Positions 51,826-64,000 of a stretch of DNA of 64,000 bases are shown piece by piece. The DNA is from Eledone cirrhosa. Taxonomy: Eukaryota. Position numbers and translations under genes: made by a program. Every line of letters starts with the position of its first letter. Position 1 is the stretch's first letter. A model generated the notes under the pieces. It saw only the letters and a list, made by a program, of their open reading frames with translations, did no database searches and was not told the DNA's origin. The DNA lies in assembly GCA_964016885.1 (NCBI GenBank), contig OZ024743.1, forward strand, positions 303,614,001-303,678,000, read 5' to 3'.

Positions 51826-53208
51826 AATTTAATACTAATACATCTACCCAATATACATGAGGTAATAATATGATATAATTATAAGTAACACATATAATAA
51901 TAAATAATACAATTATATACTATATAATACAATATAATAGAATAGATAATCTCCGGTTAATTTACACAAACAATATAGATGTCACAATAATAATATAATA
52001 ATAATAACATTTACAATATACGATATACTAACATTTATCAATGTACACAAGTTAACAAATCGGTTCATATTGGGTTACAGAGTAGGTGAGGAAAAATAAA
52101 TTGTACAATACCTCAAAAAACTTACAGAAGTAGAAACATCTTACATGATATATAAAGTTTAACATATCATAATGTTACATATAATTAACGGTATGTAATA
52201 AGGATCAATATTACAATAAAAAATACAATATAATATATTATATAAAATAAATTAATACAATATAATATATAATTACTTATTATTACAAGGTTGGTAGACA
52301 GATATGTATATGGATGAGTGAGTGAGTGCCAGGCAGTGAAAATAATGCACAGTAGTATTATAATATAGAATAAAATAAATAAATAGATAGAATCAACCGG
52401 AAATTAAAAAAACAAAAACAAACGTATACATATAGGTCTCCCATGCAGTTAAGTAGTTAAGTAAAAGCTAAGGAAAACAACCCCTGTAAATGACTCGAAA
52501 ACCCTATTTGATAAATTAATATCAAAAATATTTAAACTATCTAATAAGGCAGTATAATATTGGCTATAGTTTAAGTCATTAAAGTTTATAAACGTTAATA
52601 TTTCGTTCCAAATGTTTACAAGAAGGAATGAAAATTTATTATTATCATATACATAACGATATCCAAAGAACTGACTTAAGCAGAATTAAGGTAGGCTAAT
52701 AGGGACAGAAAAGAAGAAATGTATGGAGGATGCAAAGGGGCATAAAATATAGTCGATATACTATATTACATAATAGAAAGGAGTGTAAAAGAGGGGGGGG
52801 GTTAAATATAATATAATCATAGTCAATTTGGAGGGGTTGACAATAGGTTTATGTGCGCATGGGGGGGGGGAGAAAAAAGGGGGGGGGGGTCCAAAGAAGA
52901 ATCCAAATAAAGATAAAAATAAAAATAAAAATAAGAATAAGAATAAGAGTAAAATAAAATAAATAGCGTAAAATATATAATCTTATATACATTCATAAGG
53001 TGTAACAGTGAAAATTTAATGCGTAAGAAGATAGATGTGGTTATTTTAAAACATATATATACACACACACATATATTTATGTGTATGTGTGTGTGTTTGT
53101 GTGTATGTTTATATGAGTGAGAGTTTGTTGAATTTAACACTGTCTCTATTTGTTTCACTAAAGGCGCAAGGAAAAATAGGAGTAGCTGATAGAGAATATA
53201 TTTTGCCC

Positions 53209-54537
53209 TTAAGAAATCACAGATTGTATGAATCTTTGATGAAATTGCCTTATTTTCTCTAATTGGTCATGAAGCAGGATCTGGTCAAGAGGAAATGTAA
53301 ACTTAAAATGCATACTTTGAAGATTATCACCAAACTCTTTGCCAGGAACAACGTAAATTCCTGTAGCAGTATATAGCTCACAGCAATATTTTTCCTCAAG
53401 GTCTAGATGTTCATTACAGTTGATATTGCACTGACTTGGAAAAATAATTTTAGGAAAAGCACATTGGCCAGCAGATACTCGCCTGCAACTCATATAAGGT
53501 TGTAAATTAAAAAAGTCAACAGCAATTTCAGCAAGATTTCCAAGTAGATCTACGAAGGTATTTCGTTCATTTTCAAAACGCTTAAATGATTGGTATTTTG
53601 TTAAATGTTTTGTTCCAAGAAAAAGACTTAAGTAGATGTGGTGTAATGTACCAGCTGTGGGATACATAGCGTTGGCAAAGCTCTCTAAAAATGTATCCAT
53701 TCTTAAGGAATTAACGAAACCTATCTGGAATGTTTTATCACTCTGTGGACTTCTAGCTGCTGAGAAGAATGACATCAATTGCACGGATTTGTAAGAATCA
53801 CCCTTCTGCAGGAGGGCTTTTCTTGATGATAAGAATGGTGAATTATGTTGTCTGTAAACATCAAACTGTAAATTCTCTACTGCTAGAAGAACAACATTAC
53901 GACTTTTGGCAAAATGAAACAATATATCCAGTTCTTTCTGTGTATAAATGTGACCTGTCGGATAGCCAGGATTCTCAAAAAATAAACATTGTATCTTACA
54001 TTCAGATCCTTCCAAAGCTTTGACTAGCGATTCTTCCTCGACGGTCCAGTGATCATTTTCTTCGGTCAAGTAATAGGGGATAGGCTTAAAACCACATATT
54101 TCTACTGTTTTTCTAATAGTAGGTGAGGATGGATACGGTATTAGTATCCCATAACCACTATTCATATGAGCACCCATGAACAGAATCAAAATATGAAAAT
54201 ATACAGAAAATTCATTGTGTCCTATGAGAACACACTCACCATCTTCCAGTTGTTCGTTTTCGTCTCTTTCCAAAATATAATTTGCAATGTGTTCTCTTAG
54301 GAACATCTCTCCTCCTGGCTTTGGATAACAACCAAGTGCATTTTCTTTGAATTTATTTAGGTAATGATTTGCCAATTCTTTTGTATCCTCCGAAAAATTA
54401 CTCAATGATGGACATACGCACATGCTCAGAATCTCTTTAAAAAACGTGAATTGAGTATATTCCTCGGTGTACAAGATAGCATCTTGCTTTGATCGTTGTT
54501 GAAAATATATAATCTCTTTCCTGGTATCACAATCCAT
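53209..54537 (-). CDS. Intronless alanine-aminotransferase-like protein (class I/II PLP fold), 442 aa, predicted catalytically inactive
   Basis: Uninterrupted ORF. Motifs colinear with alanine aminotransferases: TFFKEILSMCVCP, GCY..GG..LREHIANYILERD, ILIPYP, PYYLTEE..W, NPGYPTG, SFFSAAR, AFPKI, YCCELYTATGIYVVPGKEFG, HFKFT, FHQRF. In-frame stop about 60 nt upstream of the ATG. Confidence 0.88.
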   Translation of the reverse strand: MDCDTRKEIIYFQQRSKQDAILYTEEYTQFTFFKEILSMCVCPSLSNFSEDTKELANHYLNKFKENALGCYPKPGGEMFLREHIANYILERDENEQLEDGECVLIGHNEFSVYFHILILFMGAHMNSGYGILIPYPSSPTIRKTVEICGFKPIPYYLTEENDHWTVEEESLVKALEGSECKIQCLFFENPGYPTGHIYTQKELDILFHFAKSRNVVLLAVENLQFDVYRQHNSPFLSSRKALLQKGDSYKSVQLMSFFSAARSPQSDKTFQIGFVNSLRMDTFLESFANAMYPTAGTLHHIYLSLFLGTKHLTKYQSFKRFENERNTFVDLLGNLAEIAVDFFNLQPYMSCRRVSAGQCAFPKIIFPSQCNINCNEHLDLEEKYCCELYTATGIYVVPGKEFGDNLQSMHFKFTFPLDQILLHDQLEKIRQFHQRFIQSVIS

Positions 54538-55227
54538 AATGCAAAACAGTTCACAGAAATATTATAGGTAAGCAGATACAACAGTTCACACTCTCAATAA
54601 TGCATTTCTTATGCGGCAGTGTATTATTTAAGTTACTAGCAAGAGGTGAAACGTATATGCTTTATCTTTCATTGTGCTGTCCAACTGACTATCATTCATG
54701 ATAAGGTTTATTTGTGTTTAACTTTAAGTATAGACGCTTATCTTCTATGTAAATGCACATGAAAAAGCGTTGATAACGTAATCTATATTCTCAAACAGGT
54801 ACACAGATAACTACTATGTCATTATTCAACATAAGATTCATAATGGGAATATATAATAATCCATCAAAAGTACGTAACTTCCTTTATTCCCGATAATTCT
54901 CATTACGTTTCAATACACACTAATGTTGCTATTATATTTAAATGGCATGAATTTAGTCGATGTCTGCAAGGTTTTAGAAGTGTTCTTCAAAATACCTTGT
55001 GGCTATAATAATTAAAATTGTGTTACCTAAATCCATTGTCCAGCTATAGCTTTCAACTTCTCTTTGCCAGGTATGAAAAATAACAAGCGTACTTCCCATG
55101 AATAAGCGAGTTTCTAGAGCTAGGGAGAGCATGATAGAGAGAGAGATAAAAAAAAGAAAGACAGAGAGAAAGAGGGGGGAAAAGAGGGAGAAAAAGAGAG
55201 AAAGAGAGAGAGAGAGCGCGGGGGGAG

Positions 55228-55229
<2 letters not shown>

Positions 55230-55310
<81 letters not shown>

Positions 55311-55322
55311 TGTGTGTGTGTG
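55230..55322. repeat. (GA)n(GT)n microsatellite
   Basis: Direct reading. Confidence 0.96.
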
Positions 55323-55589
55323 TTATTGTAACTGTGTACCATTTTATATATACGTGAGTTTATGTATGTATGTACATTTACAGATGCTTCTATGTACGAA
55401 TGTGTGCGTATTTATATTTATCTGAGTGTATAAACGGGAGAAGATATTAATTTGTACATTATACAAAGATTATATATAAATTTCCTGGGAGCTCAAACAT
55501 CACATATTTGTTATTTATAGTATTAGTGGACTGTTGCCTCTTGTGATTGACGGACGTTCAAATTAACACAGCTTCATTGAATAAACAAT

Positions 55590-57235
55590 TTAATAATAAT
55601 AATAATGAAAATAGTGTGTACAGTGTTCAGGTGCACTACTACTCATCAAAAGTGTATGTATAGTACATAGAGTAAGTAGAAACGTCAGGAAAATGAACAG
55701 TGCATGAGTCATGATATACACATGTGTGCATATGTATGGAAGGGGGACATCAGGTGTAGTTTTGGCGAATTTCGGGAAGCATGAGGGTTTTAAAGGATGC
55801 AGTGTATCGGCAGCAAACAACTGACGCAGGCAGTTTGTTCCAAGCTTCAGCAACTCTAAGCATGAAAAAGTGTTTCCGAAAATCATGGGAGCTGTGCTGT
55901 TTTCTGACTTTGTAGGCATGTCCACGTGTGTTAGACATATGGAGATCAAAAAGGTGCTCAGGGTTGTTGTTGGCGAGATGGTTAATAACAGTGTGGGTGT
56001 TTACCAAGTCCATTGTCAGACGTCAGAGCTTCAATGAATCCATGCACAGGGAAGCAAGGCGTTCAGAGAATGGCAGGTGTCTGATGGAGGGTATGCGCTT
56101 GGTTGCACGTCTCTAAAGAGTTTCCAGGATGTCAATGTTCTGAGCAAGATACGGGTTCCAGACATGATGTGAATTCCAAGTGTGGTCGTACCATAGCTGT
56201 ATACAGCTTTAAATAGATGGCTGGAGAGCGGCTAACAAAGGTCTTGCTGAGTGATGCCAATACACCCTCGGCCTTCTTGACAATTTCAGAGATGTGCTTT
56301 GTCCAACGCAAATCGGTGCTGACAGTAATGCCCAGGTCACGTTCACAAGAGGACTTCTTGATATCAGTGTTGTGGAGGGAGTATGTGGACGCTGGATTTT
56401 CCCTCCCAAAATGCATGGTGGTACACTTGTCCACAGCCAGCTTCAGTTGCCAGTCTGGGATCCATTGCTGCATTGTGTCCAGGTGTGATTGTAGGAAAGT
56501 GTTATACATTTCAGGATCTGTCCTTTTGATTCCAAGGTACAGCTTGATGTCATCTGCATATGTCAGTACTGTGGCATACTTTAAGTTGGCATCTATGTCA
56601 TTAATGTATGCAACAAGCAAAAGGGGACCAAGAACAGATATCTGTGGTACACCACATCACATCTCATATGGTGAAGAATGCTGTCCTAGAACTGTGACTA
56701 CCTCTTTTCGACTAAGAATGAAGGATTTCAACCAGTTAAAAAGATCATCCTTCACACCCATTGCAGAGAGTTTCGCCATAAGTATTTTTGTGGGGCACAG
56801 AATTAAAAACCTTAGCGAAGTCAAGGTAAACAACATCCACCCATGAGCCGCTGTCAGTGATCCGGGTAATGTCTTCAAGGAACTCAATAATCTGATTACA
56901 GCAGCTGGAGTTAGGGATATATCCAAATTTCGAGGGCCGGATGAGGCTGTGAAAGCTCCAGAAGTTCCAAAGTGTTTCTCTGACACATCATTCCATCAGT
57001 TTGGCAATACAGCTACTAAGACTGACTGGACGATAGTTGACAGGTGACGTGCGGTCGCCGTTTTTGAACAGAGGAATGACACTGGCAGTTTTCCACTGCT
57101 CCGGAATAGTACCATTGTTGAGACAGTATTGAAAGAAGAAAGAAAGCTGGTGCTAAAAGAAGTACCCGCCACGTTTGAGAAGCAGGTATGTAACACCATC
57201 AAGACCAGGGGAGGCATAGTTGCGCTTATTCTTAA
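55590..57235 (-). mobile_element. CR1-group LINE, 5'-truncated and decayed, (ATT)n tail
   Basis: PPGLDG, NYRPVSL-like, ICSWSPF/GP region, YINDI, YADDIKLY, ERDLGITVS, LYTAMVRPHLEF, TRGHAYK, FRKHFF.LRVAEAWNKLP; tail at 55590-55605. Confidence 0.9.
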
Positions 57236-57854
57236 GGTGACGTCGCAGCATTGCAGGTGTAAATTCCATAGTTGATATGGAATTTGATGTTAGAGATGGT
57301 GGAGATGGCACATTCTGGTTTCCAAGAAAATTCCATCCGCAGTTTTAGCATTTTTGTTTGGAAAATAATATCACTGTTACTGGCGATGGTGCTGCTGCAT
57401 TTTATAGTAAGATGATGTGGTCTAACCATTTTACCACTAGTATTAGCTTGTTGTCAGATATTGTCAATATACATTATTTAGAATTAACAATAATATAGTT
57501 TCATAGAGCTTAGCGTTAAGTTTTTCTTGCCTGTTATACTCTGAAGAAACAACATTGAATTTGAGATGATATTCTATAACAGTGTTGTCCACTGTATCAC
57601 ACAACTACGTATTTCACTTCGTTGTAGAAGCAGGAATAGAGATCCTCCACATTAATATGCTCAGCATCCACGTAATAACAGAAGTGTAGCGTTTTTCTAT
57701 TCGTTATTTTTAATTTCGGGATTTAACTGATCTTGTAACATATGCATATAAAATATGTTTATATTTACTGAAAGAAGTTATTTCAAAGCATTTTTCTTTC
57801 TGAATTTTGTGAGGATTATTTACTTCTACTGATTTTAGTATACAATTGAAAATG

Positions 57855-58720
57855 TGGGGGAAACGTGATTCATTTTCTTCACGTTAAACTCTTTTATTTC
57901 CGGAAAGAAAATATTCTTGCATAAACATCGCAAAAGCTATGGGCTGTTTAGAAAAAAAAGGCTCCATAGCTGATAGCACGTGTAGCGAGTGGTTCACTAG
58001 GTTTAGAACCGAAGATTTTGACCTGGAAGAACTTCCACGTTCGGGCAGGCTTATAATCGTTGATCAAATGATCAAATCGAAAATAATGCAGGTAAAACAA
58101 CGCAAGACTTCGCAGTGTTACTTCACATACCACACACGAGCGTTTCAAGATGTGAGAAAACACTTGGATACGTGAATTTTTATGTTGTTTGGATGCCTCA
58201 TAATTTAACGGAAAAAATAATTAATATGGTGCATTTCTCTCTGCGGTTCTTTCTTTGAACGGAACAAAAACGGTTTTTGTTTGAAAGGAATGTACACGGG
58301 AAATGAAAAGTGGATTATGTACAAAAATGTGGAGCATAAAATAAAGGTGGATAACATTCCGGCCAGTATCCGAGGATGAAAATGTTCTGTAAGTGTTGGG
58401 ATTGGAAGGTTATTAAACTTTATGAGGTCCTTCCCCGAAAGCAGATGTAAATTTCACTCCATAATTTTTCTAAATTAAACAGATGAAAAAAGGTAATCGT
58501 TAAAAAACGTCCATCATTGGCAAACTGAAAGGGTGTAATCATGCATCAGGACAATGCTACACCACGCTTATTTTGCAGACCAGGCAGAAATTGATGAAGC
58601 AAAACTGGATTATCCTATCACCAATGCCAACTTCAACTTCGGATTAACTAATATTCCGAAAAAGAATCGTAATGGAAAGAACATCAATTCTTCAGCAGAC
58701 TACACAATACACTTACACCA
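57855..58720 (+). mobile_element. Decayed Tc1/mariner (mariner-type) transposase
   Basis: WFTRFRTEDFDLEELPRSGR, WMPHNLTEK (WVPHEL-like), TGNEKWIMY (TGDEKW-like), WDWKVI, MHQDNA; many disablements; TIRs not recognised. Confidence 0.88.
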
Positions 58721-59386
58721 CCTAGAGCAGTTCATAACCCCAGACTACCAAGGTCCGGGTGGATGGGATCACGAAATTTTCTCAAAGATAGCGAACAGCA
58801 GAGTAGCAAAATCAAAAATGTAGTAAGTAGGTAAACAATTAGCTGATATCTTCTTCTACCACATGAATCAAAAACCAAACCAAATGAGACAGGGAATATG
58901 CATGAGAAAAGTATAAGAAAAGTATACATGAGAAAGCAAACATGTGTATCGGTGTGGAGATGAACGTAGAAGTGGTCGAAGTGTTAGTCAATTCGACCAT
59001 GAAAAGGGTATATAAAAATTTATTGTCGGGTGGAGTTATGGGGCCTCAATGCACACTGCAGGAAAGTAAGTGATTTTCGTTGCTTTCAGGTCTGCGTACT
59101 TCACTGATCGAAAGATTGTTTATAATTTTGAGTTCATCCAGTAGTAGGGATACCCATAGTAGAGGGAATTTCCGGGTGTATCTCTTTGGTTTTGACTTCT
59201 CTTCTTCAAAATGTTGGTTACACCATAGAGCGCTCTACACAGATGAGCATATATCTTACGGTAAATATTGATGCACATGATAATCAAGCACTCGACGCAC
59301 TTTTTCCACATAGGAAAAACAGATTATATATAGAATGAAAAAATGCGAAGAAAATATATAAATACCACCATATTACTTGTACAGTC

Positions 59387-59437
59387 AGCTTCCTGATGAT
59401 TTCCCACGAAGGAAACAGTACTTGTCCTGTAGAAGCT
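59387..59437 (+). ncRNA. Hammerhead ribozyme, type I, all three stems intact
   Basis: AGCTTC-CTGATGA-TTTC-CCAC-GAAG-GAAA-CAG-TACTTGTC-CTG-TA-GAAGCT; 6-bp stem I, 4-bp stem II, ACAG/CUGU stem III, GUA triplet with predicted cut after 59431. Confidence 0.88.
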
Positions 59438-59455
59438 TTACTATATTAAATATCT

Positions 59456-59584
59456 GAAAATGTTCAAGACCCCGACGGCCGTCGGGGTCTTGAACGTTTT
59501 CCTATTAACCACTCTACTACTCAAAGTATTGAGTACCCTGGTGCGTTATGGTCCACCTGGTTCCTTACCACACTTCCTTCGTTA
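59456..59584 (+). mobile_element. Family A fold-back remnant with a 46-bp loopless palindrome
   Basis: GAAAATGTTCAAGACCCCGACGG/CCGTCGGGGTCTTGAACGTTTTC followed by the family A tail TATTGAGTACCCTGGTGCGTTATGGTCCACCTGGTTCCTTACCACACTTCCTTCGTTA and (TA)n. Confidence 0.82.
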
Positions 59585-59629
59585 TATATATATCGAAGTT
59601 CAAGTCGATTTAGAAAACAGGTCAAAGCC

Positions 59630-59860
59630 AACCAAACCACACTGGTCACATATGTCTGGAACCTCAAGAAAAAATCCACCCGCATCCCTCCTCAAATGGA
59701 AACTAATCCATACTTGAGAGGGGGTGCTAATATACAGATGGGACTAAGAGCTGTGGTTTATGTATCACAAAAATATATTATATACTATTTGCAAAGGGCC
59801 TTCTGAAAAAAACTGTCCGAAAGCAGATCCCACTGCTTGCACAAATCCTTAGGACCTATA
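59630..59860 (+). pseudogene. Penelope-like element ORF C-terminal fragment
   Basis: TLVTYVWNLKK, LKWKLI, SCGLCITKIYYILFA fit the PLE C-terminal pattern LS.Y.W.LK...W.I...C.LC..EK..I. Confidence 0.68.
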
Positions 59861-60713
59861 GATCCTGCAACCCAGTAGAGTAGAATGAAATTAACGAACT
59901 ATATAACTCGACCTCCTATCTAGATGTATTTCCCCCCACCCGCATCTTTCTCCTACCCCAACTGCTATTGTGACCTGCCATATTTTTCCTTAGCTACCAC
60001 CCCTACCGGTATCATACGTGTGTATGTGTATGTGTATGTATGTATGTTTATGCGTATATATGTATGTACATGTATGTTTATGCGTATACATGTATGTACA
60101 TGTATGTATGCATTGAATGCAACCACACAGCTCGCCATTTTATTCATATAAGCTACCTTCCTCGCTATGACCCGTCTTGTTTCTCTTCCCTTGCTGCTAT
60201 CCTCTCTCTCTATCTATCTCTCTCCCCCTTCTCTCTCATTCTCCCTCTTACTTTCGCTCACCCCCTCTGCTAGTCACCTCTCGGCTAGCCTCCCACTATA
60301 ACTATCTCGCTTCCTCTTACTTTCACTCACTCCCTCTCTGCTAGTCATCCTCACTCAGCGCTAGCTCACTTCCTCCCTCGCCCACCACTGTACGCCGCCT
60401 CTTTTCTCGCTTACACAGCTACGGCAAAGACGTGTCTTTTCTCTCTCGTCAAAATATATTTCTTATGTTCGAAATGAGTCGTTGACTTGATATTTTTCCT
60501 AATTTTCCTCTCTTTACGTTGCTTCACACCTCGTGTCTGTTTACATGTTTTTCTCTCTGCCCTCCGCCCTTTCTTTTATCCCAATAACTAATTTTAGTTA
60601 TTTGTTCGCCCTAGGCTGAGGTATATTGTCTCTAACGCGAAGAAAAACCTATGATACTTAGTAGGCAACTAAGGACGGATACACCTCTCTTTCGCCCGTT
60701 ACTTTTATTTTTC

Positions 60714-60757
<44 letters not shown>

Positions 60758-60758
<1 letters not shown>

Positions 60759-61203
60759 TAGGCTTCAAAAATACGCAAGCTCAAAAGAGCCACATAATGT
60801 TATAATGAACCTTCAAGAGTGTGGGACTAGAGTTGTTGATAAAAAATATTGTAATCATTATCTATCGTACACTCTGTGGCATGCTTTTATAAAAAGAGAC
60901 TCATAACGAACTCAAGACGACACGATAATTATTTAAGCTAATGTTCAATATCTCATATTAGATGTTTAGTAATGATTAAGACGAAATGCACTTAAAACGA
61001 ATTCTACATTATAAATTAATTTTAATAATTATCGTGTCGTCTTGAGTTCGTTATGAGTCTCTTTTTCGATAAAAAAGGATGCCACAGATTGTACGATAGA
61101 TCATGATTACAATATTTTTGAGCAACAACTCTAGTCCCACACTTTTGAAGGTTTATTATAACATTATGTGGCTCACTTGAGTTTGCGCATTTTACAGGTC
61201 TAG
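60758..61203. repeat. Imperfect inverted repeat, arms about 175 bp, spacer about 90 bp
   Basis: AAAAAGAGACTCATAACGAACTCAAGACGACACGATAATTATT (60891-60933) mirrors AATAATTATCGTGTCGTCTTGAGTTCGTTATGAGTCTCTTTTT (61024-61066); both outer ends read CTAG. Confidence 0.9.
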
Positions 61204-62629
61204 TTTAATATATTTTTAAGGCAACGCTTGTAATAACTCTAGTTAAACATGATATATATATATTAATAATAAATTATCGTTGTAATGCAATTAGATTATA
61301 TAATTGTTATTTTATAAATGATCTTATAAATATTATTGTAAGATGTATAAAAATGTTTTCAGACTTTTAATATAAACAACTACAAAAAACAATCAATATT
61401 AAATAAATATATTTTACATAATAATTGTTATAGTTGAATTAATAAAAAATAAATATTACATACAAATAATCTAACATTATAATGAAAAAATAATCTAACA
61501 TAATAATAATAATAAAATAATCTAAGATAAAACCAACAATAATATGGACAAATATACAAGTAAATAAGATACAACCAATATTATAAGCATGTTACAGCGA
61601 ACTGAAAAGAAAAAAAGTTAATATAAATTTTTAAAATCATATATAAATTAACAATATAACTTACCAAAACGAGAAAAATATTTTGATGATAAAAACGACG
61701 AAATACAGAGCAAGATTTGAAAGGGAAACGATAAATAAACGTGCAAACAATGTGGCGGATGCTTTTGAGCAGCAGTTACTCTCATTGGTTGATTAGCCAA
61801 TAAGAGAGTAAGGGGATGTTAGAGAGAGAAAACAAGAGAGAGAGTAATGGGATGAGAGAGAGGGAAAGTAGCCAGCGTTCATTATCTTTATTTGTTTATC
61901 ATTCTTACACACTTATGTGTTTATTTATCTTTTATTTATTTTTTGTTCGTTCTTCTGAAGAGGATGAGAGAGAAAGAAAAAGAGGAGATGAGAAAGAGAA
62001 AGGGAGTGAGTTGGATGGGGAGAAAAAGACAATAAGAAAAGAGCAAATATGGGAGGGAGAAAAAAGTAAAGAGGTAGGAAAGAGCGAGAGTGATTGGAGG
62101 GATTCTTTAACTAACGTGTGTCCGCGTTTATATATGTATATTTACACACATATATGTGTGGGGGGCTTTCTTTAGCAGACGATATATGTTACCATCAAAG
62201 CTTATTTTCTACATATGTCTAAAGGAATCACAGATGGTTTTATATATATTTTGTATATATGTATGTATTTAACAGACAAAACAAAAACGGTATTCTTAAA
62301 AGATATTATTTGAATATATTATTTTCTGCTGTTATTTGAAGTAACACAGAAAATATTATTTTGTAGTGTTTGTCGTTTTTTGGGGATACAATCTGAAATC
62401 CTAATATTTTCTACATATGTCTAAAATTAATTACACCTAATATACATTCATATAAAGAGATCATTTAAAACAACTTTACTGAGTGAACAATACATTCTAT
62501 AGTTGTTTCTATTTCGGAAAGCCTGTGGTGCGTAATAATTGTTTTTACTTTTAGCACGAGGCAAGCTATTATTCCAGTGCATTACTGGTACTTTATTCTA
62601 TCGTGTGGTGTGTAATAATATCACTTCAA

Positions 62630-64000
62630 ATGCCTAGAAAACGTTCCAGATCATTATGTGGAAGGTCATCTTCAGAGGTTAAGAGAAAGAAAACACAGCG
62701 ATCTGAAGAAAGTGAAGAAGTTCGGCATGCCCGTTTAGCTGCTAACAGAGCCCAAACAGCTTTAGCACGAGCACACCGTTTGGATGAAAGGGAACAAAGG
62801 ACTGCTGCTACACAAGAACAACAAATTTAGGACCGGCCCCAAATCAGACGAAATTCTAATCAAGCACATCGTTCTACTGCCCGAGCAAGAGAACAAGCCA
62901 CAAGTAAAATGAACTGGCTGATGGGTGCTTTTACTTATGACGCCCAAAAGGACTACAGCAGTAATCCACAAATCAACATTGGGAAAATGAACAAATGCTG
63001 CCAGTATTGTGGTGCCAAGAATTGGGCAGCAAGTTTATGCTGCTCAAAAGGCAAACTGAGCCTTAAAACAATACAAGAACGTCCTGAATTTCTGAAGAAT
63101 CTGCTCCTTGAGCATACACCAGAAGCACGACACTTCAATAAATACATCATAAAATATAATTCTGCCTTTCAAATGACATCTTTTGGGGCTGACAGGAATG
63201 TGACTGACTTTAGATTCTGTACAACTTATAAAATTCAGGGACAGCGTTACCACTTAATGGGTGGCCTTCGCCACTTCCACAGGAGCCTCACAAATTTGTG
63301 CAGGTTTACTTCATGGATGGAAATGAAATACAGACACACAAAATGTGTACCAATGTCCGTGGTGGATTGCAGTTCTACATAGTCATAAAGTTACAAGAAA
63401 TGCTTCACCAACATCACATGTACGTCAGTGTATTTAAATATGCACTGGAGCATTTGAACAACACCAGAGATCGTAAAATCATCATTAGGACAGACAAACG
63501 CCCAGCTTCAGACCATGAACGCAGATTCAATGCACCTGTCACCTATGATTCACTCCAATATCCTCTAATCTTTTGGAATGGTCAAGATGGATATCATGTT
63601 CAGCTACGGCAGATAAACCCAGGAACGGGACAAGAAACTGGCCGATCAATCAGCTGCAAAGAATTCTATGCTTTTCATTTCATGGTACGTGATCACTTCA
63701 ACCAAGTTCTGCAATTCAAAGAAGTAACCAGCCAGTTTCTTGGTGGACATGTATGCCAAAATTGAAACAGAAAGATTGGATTTTCTGCGAAGGAATCAAA
63801 CTAAGTTGAAGGCAGATAACTACATCCACCAATTCTGATGTTGACCCAAGAAATGTTGGCCATACTACTATCAAGCTTCACGGAGGACCACGTTACATAC
63901 ATGAACGAACGCAAGATGCAATGGCCTATGTCAGAAAATGTGGTCGGTCAGATCTCTTCATTACATTTACATGCAATTTAAACTGGTCGGAAATATCAAA
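62630..64000 (+). mobile_element. Decayed Helitron Rep/helicase N-terminal region, runs off the window
   Basis: CQYCGA..CCSKGK, YNSAFQMTSFGA, YKIQGQRYHLMG, HERRFNAP, YDSLQYPLIF..GQDGY, EFYAFHFMVR, GPRYIHERTQDAMAYVRKCGRSDLFITFTCN; frameshifts and stops. Confidence 0.92.

Noticed and set aside
60608-60676. Possible ribozyme downstream of the 59630 PLE fragment (also a weak one near 45377-45430)
   Set aside because: Position fits, but the CUGANGA and GAAA boxes are too degraded to support a call.

Overview
AT-rich, microsatellite-laden animal genomic DNA made almost entirely of transposable-element debris. The repeat types (a tRNA-like SINE with a GCCTTTCATCC..GGTCGATAAAATAAAGTACCAG body, very long (TA)n tracts) suggest a cephalopod such as octopus, which is an inference. 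It holds a decayed Ty3/Gypsy pol (1-2925, minus), two head-to-tail L1/Tx1-clade LINEs (about 2926-14623, plus) and a third 5'-truncated one (47952-51825, minus). There are also RTE, CR1 and REL-endonuclease LINE fragments, five SINE copies, a non-autonomous Helitron, a decayed Helitron Rep and a decayed mariner. The only host-like gene is an intact, intronless 442-aa alanine-aminotransferase-like ORF (53209-54537, minus) that has lost the PLP-binding lysine and other cofactor residues. The most striking hidden structure lies between 20 and 61 kb. About ten recognisable hammerhead ribozyme (HHR) motifs from several unrelated Penelope-like element (PLE) families sit in or beside long inverted repeats. 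In many of these the fold-back axis or truncation point falls inside the ribozyme itself. All calls are by eye, so element boundaries are approximate and nothing was searched or folded computationally.
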